Virus record (IMG/VR): IMGVR_UViG_2724679238_000007 | Location: 1-42,109 of that record | From: a virus | Lineage: Duplodnaviria > Heunggongvirae > Uroviricota > Caudoviricetes | Length of the DNA: 42,109 nt | Strand: one strand, 5' to 3' | In this document: positions 1 through 8,487 of the stretch, one piece after another | How the letters are laid out: each line of letters begins with the position of its first letter | How positions within the stretch are numbered: position 1 is the stretch's first letter | The notes under the pieces: generated by a model | The model's database searches: none | Told to the model about the DNA's origin: nothing | The model's input: the letters and a program-made list of their open reading frames with translations, nothing else | Translations under genes and position numbers: made by a program

Positions 1-1804
<1,804 letters not shown>

Positions 1805-1847
1805 TGGTGCGAGGATTGGTTGATACCCTCCACCTCCTGAAGAAATT

Positions 1848-1874
1848 ATGCCCGGCATCAACCGGGCATTTTCC
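1848..1874. terminator. bidirectional intrinsic terminator between convergent baseplate and ant genes
   Basis: ATGCCCGG-catcaa-CCGGGCAT hairpin followed by TTTTCC on the plus strand and flanked by an A/T-rich stretch on the other side. Confidence 0.55.
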
Positions 1875-1875
1875 A

Positions 1876-2988
1876 TTATTCAGCCGCCACCGGTTTTAAC
1901 AAGCCAGCATCGAGCAGTTTACGCGTCAACCACTGCTGGCCTTTCCCCGTTAATTGAGGCGTCAGCCGTATCTGGTAGCCATCTTCATCATCCAGCACCA
2001 CTTCTTTCACTGTGAAATATCCGGCGTTTATGTACTGCTGAAACGGTACATTTTTACGTCCGCCGGACGCAATCAGGATGCCGTTCTCCCGTAACCAGGC
2101 AAACAGCGCATTTTGCTTAAGTCCAACAACCTTTGCAAAATTCCCAATCAGGATCCCCTTCGCCACTGATACCCGATCGGCAAAATCGACTTTGGGTGCT
2201 GCGGCCACCAGTTGTTGATTTAGCTGGTGGGCCTTCTGTTCCAGTAGCTGCTTTTGTTCAGCCAGCTCGGCAGCCAGACGCAGAGCTTCTGGAAGCGTCT
2301 GGGGGATTGCGATCGGTTGCTGTTCTTTTTGTCGGAAGTAGCTGTCTTCCAGTTTTTCAAAGAATGCCCATGCTTCATTTGTGTCCACGATCTTAGACAT
2401 GCGTGCAGCGCCGCGCTCTGTCCAGAGTGTAAGGCTTCTGGCGTTCTTACCAACAGAGTAACTTCCGGTTACTCTGTTCTTAAATTCTCTTAATTTTAAA
2501 CCAGTTAGAAGAAAGTAATGCTTACCTTCTTCAAAGCGGTCAAGGTTGCGAGACAAATTGTTGCGAATATTGGCTTCATCGACCCCATACCCTCTAGCAA
2601 GAGTTTCGGTTGTCACGACACGTACTCCCTGCCATTCCAGAACGGGAATTTCATCCGGCTGATTCTGAACAACCACCAGTTCCGATTCCTGAACTGAAGG
2701 TGCATAAATTTTTTCTGATTTAACGTTAGTTGCTTTCATTCTGTGTGCCTCCTTGCGTGCTTCGGCTGCGACGGTTGCATAATTCAGATGCCCCTGTTCG
2801 AGCAGGTATTCACGAATATCAGACAGCAGAATGCGGTGAACCGCGTTCTTGTCCTTTCTCCGGTAAAGTTGTTTGGTGATCATGAAGTAGTTGGCAATCA
2901 CGCCCGGTATATCCCTGGTACTGATACAGGCTGTGTGCTGTTCAATTGCCTCGATCATCTCTTCACGGGTGACTAATGACGTTCTCAT
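1876..2988 (-). CDS. ant: phage antirepressor Ant (N-terminal ORF6N/Bro-N-like plus C-terminal KilA-C/ANT domain), copy 1
   Basis: 370 aa; C-terminus (AKVVGLKQNALFAWLRENGIL...YINAGYFTVKEVV...TGKGQQWL) is the KilA-C/ANT signature; start overlaps the icd-like stop by 4 nt; lies downstream of a C1 operator and a c4-like region, as in the P1 immI layout. Confidence 0.8.
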   Translation of the reverse strand: MRTSLVTREEMIEAIEQHTACISTRDIPGVIANYFMITKQLYRRKDKNAVHRILLSDIREYLLEQGHLNYATVAAEARKEAHRMKATNVKSEKIYAPSVQESELVVVQNQPDEIPVLEWQGVRVVTTETLARGYGVDEANIRNNLSRNLDRFEEGKHYFLLTGLKLREFKNRVTGSYSVGKNARSLTLWTERGAARMSKIVDTNEAWAFFEKLEDSYFRQKEQQPIAIPQTLPEALRLAAELAEQKQLLEQKAHQLNQQLVAAAPKVDFADRVSVAKGILIGNFAKVVGLKQNALFAWLRENGILIASGGRKNVPFQQYINAGYFTVKEVVLDDEDGYQIRLTPQLTGKGQQWLTRKLLDAGLLKPVAAE

Positions 2989-3206
2989 AGCCCCTCCTGA
3001 GCAGAAGCGTTAACAGTGAGGCACCAGTAACTGAGAGAATTGCGCAAATCGGTAGAAAAGCGAGCAGAGAAAATACAGGGAGCATCCGGAAGCTGAGAAC
3101 GTGCCTCATCTTCTGTTGGTGCGATAACGAAGTGATAGTGACGTTTTTGACAAGAATAGAAACGCCAGATGAATTCTTGGCGTGCGCAAGGATTGGCATT
3201 AACCAT
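2985..3206 (-). CDS. icd: Icd-like small protein (host cell-division inhibitor family by position), copy 1
   Basis: 73 codons starting at the internal ATG (MVNANPCARQEF...); same length and position as P1 icd; translationally coupled to ant; RBS overlaps a c4 target octamer. The 139-aa extension in the ORF track is not supported by the paralogue. Confidence 0.6.
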   Translation of the reverse strand: MVNANPCARQEFIWRFYSCQKRHYHFVIAPTEDEARSQLPDAPCIFSARFSTDLRNSLSYWCLTVNASAQEGL

Positions 3207-3242
3207 AGTTACGGCCTCATTCGTAGGTTTAACAACCTGCGA

Positions 3243-3330
3243 CCCGCTGCTAAACGGGTGGCAGGACGTGACGGGGTTAGCAGACTGGCACGAATGAAAC
3301 CAGCAGGCCGAAGCCTCCCCACCACGCCCC
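3243..3330 (-). ncRNA. c4: c4-type antisense RNA, copy 1 (boundaries approximate)
   Basis: Non-coding stretch between the operator/promoter and icd. It contains CACGAATG (3289-3296) presented between a CTGG/CCAG stem, complementary to CATTCGTA present both upstream (3402-3409) and at the icd RBS (3218-3225). It also contains a UUCG hairpin and a 7-bp CTGCTAA/TTAGCAG stem. Confidence 0.45.
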
Positions 3331-3507
3331 ACCATAATTTGGGCGTAACGCGGTTTTACGGACATAAAAATACCGCAATATCGGAAATCTGCGGTTGTCC
3401 GCATTCGTATTCAGGCTGCTAAACCCGGTCGCAGAATTTGCTACGACGGCGGAACTATAAGCCTGAACAACAGGAAGATCAATAGTCTGGCGTTCGATGG
3501 TAGTTTA

Positions 3508-3540
3508 TTTGCTCTAATAAATCAAATTTATTAGAGCAAT
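3508..3540. promoter_or_regulatory. pair of abutting, inverted C1-repressor operators controlling the c4-icd-ant (copy 1) promoter
   Basis: 3524-3540 is a perfect reverse match to ATTGCTCTAATAAATTT; 3508-3524 is a 14/17 forward match. Confidence 0.75.
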
Positions 3541-3586
3541 AAGCGGTGTCGTAAAAATCAATACAATCACAATCATATGAATAGAA

Positions 3587-4585
3587 TCAATCATTACCGC
3601 GCGACGGTTTCTGCGTGATAAACGTATCAAGCATCTTTTCCGCAATTGCCGACCAGGTGTGACACTGGACCTTTTCAGCATTTTTCACGCGATCAATGCG
3701 AGCAATAACCTCATCCCAATCAATCCGCGACTTGATAACCATATGGTTCACCAAAGCCAGGCGATCCGGCGGAAGACAATCGGGCGGCGTTAATATCAAC
3801 GCCCCACACATTGCCGCCTCAAGAACAGTTAATCCAAGGCTTTCGGGATGCGTAACGATAAAAACGTCACTCTTACGCAATTCAGCTGCAAATTCGGTTG
3901 CTGGTACCGGCGTCCGTCTGTATGGGGTTACCGATATATTCCCTGGATCAATGGTAATCAATCCGTCATCGGTCAACGTTCTGGCCTCATACGGAACGGT
4001 CAGACGCTGAAGGTTCATAAGGATACTTAAGGAGTGATCAAAACCACTAACATCAAATGCAGCGTGGTCTACAAAAATACGCAGAACATCGTCTGTTTTG
4101 GTTTCCAGATGGAACAGCTCCTGATTCGCTGCCCATCCAACATGTTTGTTAAAACGATTATGGCGCTCTAACCTGCCGGGATTATCCAGGTACCGCCAAG
4201 TATCATCGCGGACAGTAAAAGTAATATCGACTGGTGCCGAATCCAGCATAGAACCGTCGTATACCTGGGCTACCCATCCAGTGAATCGAAGACGCAGTTG
4301 CACGCCTATTTCCCTGGGCACCGTAGTAAAATACCGCAATCCTGGCGCTAAAATGGCTTTCGCAGAACACGAGGTCGCAGCGGTCAACACAGCTTCAACA
4401 TAATCCTCCGGGCTTTCGACGCCGGGGGAATATGGACGATGGTATTGCAATGTTACCCCAGCCTCACTAAAGGCGCAGGCCAGGTTATAAGCCCACATTT
4501 CCGTATATGTTTTCACATCACTGATGGCTTCAAATTTTCGCCCAATGATCAGGATGTTCATCGGCTTTTCCTCATTCCATTGCAT
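3587..4585 (-). CDS. Dbn-like protein with a GT-B glycosyltransferase-like C-terminal motif
   Basis: 332 aa; start overlaps the ban stop (TAATG); motif HPESLGLTVLEAAMCGALIL resembles the GT4 donor-binding E-x7-E region; position matches P1 dbn. An alternative start at 4561 has a better SD. Confidence 0.55.
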   Translation of the reverse strand: MQWNEEKPMNILIIGRKFEAISDVKTYTEMWAYNLACAFSEAGVTLQYHRPYSPGVESPEDYVEAVLTAATSCSAKAILAPGLRYFTTVPREIGVQLRLRFTGWVAQVYDGSMLDSAPVDITFTVRDDTWRYLDNPGRLERHNRFNKHVGWAANQELFHLETKTDDVLRIFVDHAAFDVSGFDHSLSILMNLQRLTVPYEARTLTDDGLITIDPGNISVTPYRRTPVPATEFAAELRKSDVFIVTHPESLGLTVLEAAMCGALILTPPDCLPPDRLALVNHMVIKSRIDWDEVIARIDRVKNAEKVQCHTWSAIAEKMLDTFITQKPSRGND

Positions 4586-5955
4586 TAATAATCCTCTTGC
4601 CAGTCAGCACCAGCATAGTTATCAAATCGTGAATACTGGCCGTTAAAAGCCAATCTCACCGTGCCAATCGGGCCATTTCGTTGCTTACCAATAATCACCT
4701 CGGCAATGCCCTTCATTTCGCTATCCGGGTGATAAACCTCGTCGCGATACAGAAACATGATCAGGTCTGCGTCCTGTTCAATTGCTCCAGATTCACGCAA
4801 ATCTGAATTTACCGGTCGTTTGTCCGCACGCTGTTCAAGCGAGCGATTAAGTTGTGACAATGCCACCACCGGCACCTGTAATTCCTTCGCCAACGCCTTA
4901 AGTGAGCGAGAAATCTCGGCAATTTCCAGCGTTCGGTTGTCTTGCAGCTCGGGGACGCGCATAAGTTGCAGGTAGTCGATCATGATCATGCTCAATCCGC
5001 CATTTTCTTTATAAACACGACGAGCACGGGAACGAAGCTCTGTAGGTGTCAGGGCGCTTGAGTCATCAATAAAAATATTCTGCTTGTCCAACAGAATCCC
5101 CATTGCACCAGAAACACGCGCCCAATCCTCGTCGTTAAGTTGCCCCGTTCTAATACGAGTCTGATCAACACGTGCAAGAGAGGCCAGTGAGCGCATCATC
5201 AGCTGGTGGCTTGGCATCTCAAGGCTAAAAACCAATACAGGCTTATCGCTACGGACTGCGGCATTTTCGACAAGATTCATCGCAAACGTAGTCTTTCCCA
5301 TAGATGGGCGGGCGGCGACAATAATGAGATCGGATGGCTGAAGCCCTGCCGTCTTCTTATTGAGATCGGTAAATCCGGTATCAAGCCCCGTTACACCATC
5401 ATGCGGTCGCTGAAACAACTCTTCTATGCGAGATACCGTTGCATCGAGAATGCTGGCGATATCTTTTGGACCACTACCGCTCTTTTGTCGTTTTTCAGCT
5501 ATTTCAAAAACGCGGCGCTCGGCCATATCCAGCAATTCATTGCTGCTCCGGCCATCCTGCGCATATCCAGCTTCGGCTATTTCATTTGCGACGGAAATCA
5601 TTTCACGAACAACCGCACGTTCACGAACGATATCCGCATAAGCACAAATATTTGCCGCGCTGGGCGTGTTCTTTGACATCTCCGCAAGGTACGCAAAACC
5701 ACCGGCGCGTTCTAATTTACCGTTCTGTTCAAGTGCTTCAGCAAGTGTTATCAAATCAATCGGTTTGCCATGACTTAATAACCTCTCCATCTCACTGAAA
5801 ATTTCACGATGAGCACTGGTATAAAAATCATCAGCAACTATACGATCTGCAACTTCATCCCAGCGGCAGTTATCAAGCATTAAGCCACCAAGCACAGCTT
5901 GTTCTGCACTAAGGGAATTTGGCATGGATTCAAGAGGGGATGCAGACATTAACAC
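4585..5955 (-). CDS. ban: replicative DNA helicase, DnaB family (phage Ban-type)
   Basis: 456 aa with Walker A (ARPSMGKTTF) and other DnaB motifs; close to but clearly diverged from E. coli DnaB as recalled; sits in phage context. Confidence 0.9.
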   Translation of the reverse strand: MLMSASPLESMPNSLSAEQAVLGGLMLDNCRWDEVADRIVADDFYTSAHREIFSEMERLLSHGKPIDLITLAEALEQNGKLERAGGFAYLAEMSKNTPSAANICAYADIVRERAVVREMISVANEIAEAGYAQDGRSSNELLDMAERRVFEIAEKRQKSGSGPKDIASILDATVSRIEELFQRPHDGVTGLDTGFTDLNKKTAGLQPSDLIIVAARPSMGKTTFAMNLVENAAVRSDKPVLVFSLEMPSHQLMMRSLASLARVDQTRIRTGQLNDEDWARVSGAMGILLDKQNIFIDDSSALTPTELRSRARRVYKENGGLSMIMIDYLQLMRVPELQDNRTLEIAEISRSLKALAKELQVPVVALSQLNRSLEQRADKRPVNSDLRESGAIEQDADLIMFLYRDEVYHPDSEMKGIAEVIIGKQRNGPIGTVRLAFNGQYSRFDNYAGADWQEDY

Positions 5956-6230
5956 TCCACCCTGGTGTGTTGAATGTCAGATATAATCGGCATACTCAAA
6001 TCACTCCTAACGATATGAGTCATCACCAGAAAATCAGGATTAATGCGCCGGACTCTTCCCGGCTGTCACACCGAATCGCCAGGATGGTGAATCCGCAGTC
6101 CGACGCTATGAACGGGGCTTGCACATTCCGGCTACCTGGTTTGTTGCCTGAGCTAGGGGAAAAGGTAACCCCTTTAACGTCACCAGACCGCTAACGACGC
6201 ATGTGCCAGACGCCGTGTTACAACCAAATG

Positions 6231-6306
6231 TGGTGACCCCTACCGGACTTGAACCGGTGACCGTGCGATTATGAGTCGCCAGCTCTAACCACTGAGCTAA
6301 AGGGCC
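6231..6306 (-). tRNA. tRNA-Ile2 (anticodon CAU, ileX-like; Met not excluded from sequence alone)
   Basis: 76 nt cloverleaf read by hand: acceptor GGCCCTT/AGGGGTC, D-arm TAGCTCAGTGGTTAGAGC, anticodon loop CTCATAA, T-loop GGTTCAAGTCC, encoded CCA; very similar to E. coli ileX as recalled. Confidence 0.75.
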
Positions 6307-6309
6307 GGA

Positions 6310-6417
6310 TTACTGTTTCCTGAGTGCTTCTATGACGCCAGCAATACCGCCTACAACTATGCCAGCAATGACAACGAGAACAATTGGATGCTTGTCAGCA
6401 AAATCCCAGAAGCCCAT
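6310..6417 (-). CDS. small hydrophobic membrane peptide (about 35 aa), tciC-like by position
   Basis: MGFWDFADKHPIVLVVIAGIVVGGIAGVIEALRKQ; start overlaps the upstream stop (TGATG); below the ORF-track size cutoff. Confidence 0.35.
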   Translation of the reverse strand: MGFWDFADKHPIVLVVIAGIVVGGIAGVIEALRKQ

Positions 6418-6581
6418 CACTGTTCCTTCGAGGCTGTATTAAATATCGGCCATACCAATGTTACAGCTACTGCTACCAACGCCCCGTCGGATAAAATCGA
6501 CAGGATTGTGCTGGTGAAATCCACCAGCACAGATAGCACGAGAAAGACAAAAGCTAGAATTAAACGTGCTTTTATAACCAT
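6417..6581 (-). CDS. small membrane protein (54 aa), tciB-like by position
   Basis: MVIKARLILAFVFLVLSVLVDF...; start overlaps the TerB-like stop (TGATG), so three genes are translationally coupled in series. Confidence 0.35.
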   Translation of the reverse strand: MVIKARLILAFVFLVLSVLVDFTSTILSILSDGALVAVAVTLVWPIFNTASKEQ

Positions 6582-7006
6582 CAGATATACTGTTCCAGTG
6601 GCAATTGAAGAGCCTGGGCAATTTTCTTCAATTGCTCCTGTTCTTCAGCCCCAATGCCATCCTGGTCGGCAATATCAATACATAGGCACAGAACATCTAC
6701 CGCATCATTAGTCCCGGCCACATCAGCCAGCTCACGTAAAGCCTGGGCATTAGCTCGGCGCGGCGAGGCTTCATATTGAGCGCGAATATTGGCGCTCATC
6801 TGGGCAATTTCACCGGAGAACGGCGCAAAGGCAGGAAGCGCTGCAATGGTTTTTTCCAATACTGCAATTTCTTTCGCATCGCAGGTGCCGTCAGAGTATG
6901 CAATGGAATATGCGCCCCAGACGGTCGCTTCCACCGCATCACGGTTTTCCATCTTCTTGACTCCGCCAGCCGCTTTGCGGAATTTCTTTTTGAGAATGCC
7001 GAGCAT
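6581..7006 (-). CDS. TerB-domain protein (tellurite-resistance TerB family; P1 TciA-like)
   Basis: 141 aa with TerB-like helical pattern (AVLEKTIAALPAF...DVLCLCIDIADQDG...EEQEQLKKIAQAL). Confidence 0.65.
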   Translation of the reverse strand: MLGILKKKFRKAAGGVKKMENRDAVEATVWGAYSIAYSDGTCDAKEIAVLEKTIAALPAFAPFSGEIAQMSANIRAQYEASPRRANAQALRELADVAGTNDAVDVLCLCIDIADQDGIGAEEQEQLKKIAQALQLPLEQYI

Positions 7007-7267
7007 TTATTAACCTCATTACTGGTTGGGAAATAAGGTTGCGGTGCCGGGTGCCTCCCGGTGTCCTTTGGCTGGTTATCCACCGTGGACGGGGAAAAGG
7101 AGAAATTAATGGACTGATATAACCATTTCCCCGCGTGCGCTTAGCCGCATTCACCGCAATGGTAAGAGCACTTGGCTGGCTGGGCGGCGATGACGCCTGT
7201 ACGCATTTGGTGATCCGGTTCTGCTTCCGGCATTCGCTTAATTAGCCAAATACTCTTAACGTTGCGC

Positions 7268-7354
7268 TGGTGGAGAGTAATGGAATCGAACCATCATCGC
7301 TTGCGCAATGGGACGGTTTTCAAGACCGTTTGAGCACCATGCTCCCTACTCTCC
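7268..7354 (-). tRNA. class II tRNA-Ser (anticodon UGA), candidate
   Basis: 87 nt: perfect 7-bp acceptor GGAGAGT/ACTCTCC, anticodon arm ACGGT-CTTGAAA-ACCGT, 17-nt variable arm with a 5-bp stem, T-loop TTCGATT, encoded CCA; D-arm is atypical (4-bp stem, 5-nt loop). Confidence 0.5.
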
Positions 7355-7586
7355 GGCCGTTGTGGTGACCGGTACTGAATCTCCGGCATACGGTGCAGCC
7401 AATTAGGACTACGGACGATCACCGCTCGCGAAAGGGAAGATTTGCGGCCGCATTTCCCTAACATCCAAGAAAGCTATCGCATCAGTCTGCGAATCCACCA
7501 CAACGGAAAGAGCATTTATGGCTCGCATCGCGGGAAAAAGCCCACGGTAGAGAGTCGAACTCTACAAATACTCTTACCTGTTGTGC

Positions 7587-7719
7587 TGGTGCCGGTTAAC
7601 GGATTCGAACCGCTGACCTCTGGCCTAACATCGAATCGTTGTCATTTGACCAGCAAGGCTGTCTACCGAAGTAGAAACGATGCTTTGGCTCTCGTGCTCT
7701 CCCACTGAGCTAAACCGGC
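7587..7719 (-). tRNA. atypical 133-nt tRNA-like gene with Thr-like acceptor, D and T arms but about 57 extra nt in place of a canonical anticodon arm (intervening sequence or pseudogene)
   Basis: Perfect acceptor GCCGGTT/AACCGGC plus A-CCA, D-arm TAGCTCAGTGGGAGAGC, T-arm AGCGG-TTCGAAT-CCGTT; the middle contains a UUCG-capped hairpin (TCTAC-TTCG-GTAGA) and no canonical 5-bp/7-nt anticodon stem-loop; 2 nt from tRNA-Asn. Confidence 0.4.
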
Positions 7720-7721
7720 AT

Positions 7722-7797
7722 TGGCGATGGTGGGTGGATTCGAACCACCGACCAGTTAGTTAACAGCCAACTGCTCTAACCGCTGAGCTACACCATC
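7722..7797 (-). tRNA. tRNA-Asn (anticodon GUU)
   Basis: 76 nt: perfect acceptor GATGGTG/CACCATC, D-arm TAGCTCAGCGGTTAGAGC, anticodon arm GTTGG-CTGTTAA-CTAAC, T-arm GGTGG-TTCGAAT-CCACC, discriminator G plus CCA. Confidence 0.8.
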
Positions 7798-8459
7798 ACT
7801 TGCCGGGTACGTCTCCGGCGAGGGCTTCCACCTCCGTATGCTTTTCGGCGCACCGCGCCCTGGCTGCAATTCGGTAACAGGGGATGCATAACCCTGGCTT
7901 CCAGCGTGATTAGCGCTTTCAGCATGACGGGATATACCCGTGATTGAAACTTTAATGGACCAATGTGAAACACATATGCTGTTACGCCGAATGAAAAAGG
8001 ACGTAACAGGAAAGGGCACTGACCAAAAGATGGCCCCCTTCTCGCTCATCTGGTTAATCGAACCAGCGCCCTTGCCTGTTATGCCTCCCCGTTCCCTAAT
8101 ACACAGACGGGGACACTCTGCGGTCGATTTTTTGACGGGGGACGACTCATACCCCGTGGCGTCTGGCTTCTTAGGCCGCAGCCATCATCAGATCATCGTT
8201 TGCATTTACTTTAATGGTCAGTTTCTAAACCGCCGCAAAGTCGCTAACCATGACGAAAACCCTGAAAAAACGCCCACCCGAAGATGGGCAAACAGGATGT
8301 AAGCTCGTTACGCATTTCGGTATTGCCACTTAGGCGTATGGTCAACCTGGCAACTCGGCGTCATGAGGGGGAAGGAGTCACTACCCCGCCATACTTGCCG
8401 CCGCGCCTGTCGCGGCTAACAGCTAAATCGCTCTATAAATCTCGATTTATCAAGCCCAT

Positions 8460-8487
8460 ATTACACTAATAAATTTATTAGAGCAAT
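8460..8487. promoter_or_regulatory. overlapping inverted pair of C1 operators (palindromic bipartite operator) at the 3' end of dmt
   Basis: 8471-8487 is a perfect reverse match to the C1 consensus; 8460-8476 is a 15/17 forward match; the two overlap on AAATTT; positioned to control leftward transcription into the tRNA-tci-ban-dbn region. Confidence 0.7.

Noticed and set aside
2985-3404. 139-aa ORF extending the icd-like gene upstream into the c4 region
   Set aside because: The paralogue is only 73 aa with the same internal start; the extension would run through the antisense RNA and its target sites. Called as 2985..3206.
3132-3422. Plus-strand ORFs overlapping the c4/icd leader (also 30091..30420)
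   Set aside because: They are antisense to icd and to the c4 RNA region, have no RBS, and the two paralogous copies differ by frame-disrupting changes.
4585-5955. Possibility that the helicase is the chromosomal dnaB
   Set aside because: It is flanked by phage tRNAs, tci-like genes, C1 operators and immunity genes; sequence is close to but clearly diverged from E. coli DnaB as recalled, which fits a phage Ban analogue.
7540-7586. T-arm-like sequence (TAGAG-TTCGACT-CTCTA) suggesting another tRNA
   Set aside because: No complementary 5' acceptor strand, no encoded CCA, and the 3' flank forms an A-rich hairpin instead.
8031-8075. TTCGATT T-loop-like motif with a GGGGGCCA end in the dmt-tRNA intergenic leader
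   Set aside because: Stem pairing around the loop is not canonical and no D or anticodon arm could be built.
7756-8302. Small ORFs in the 7800-8470 leader (7756..8049 minus, 7940..8302 plus, 8284..8469 plus)
   Set aside because: One overlaps tRNA-Asn, none has an RBS, and they lie in what appears to be a transcribed leader; treated as non-coding.
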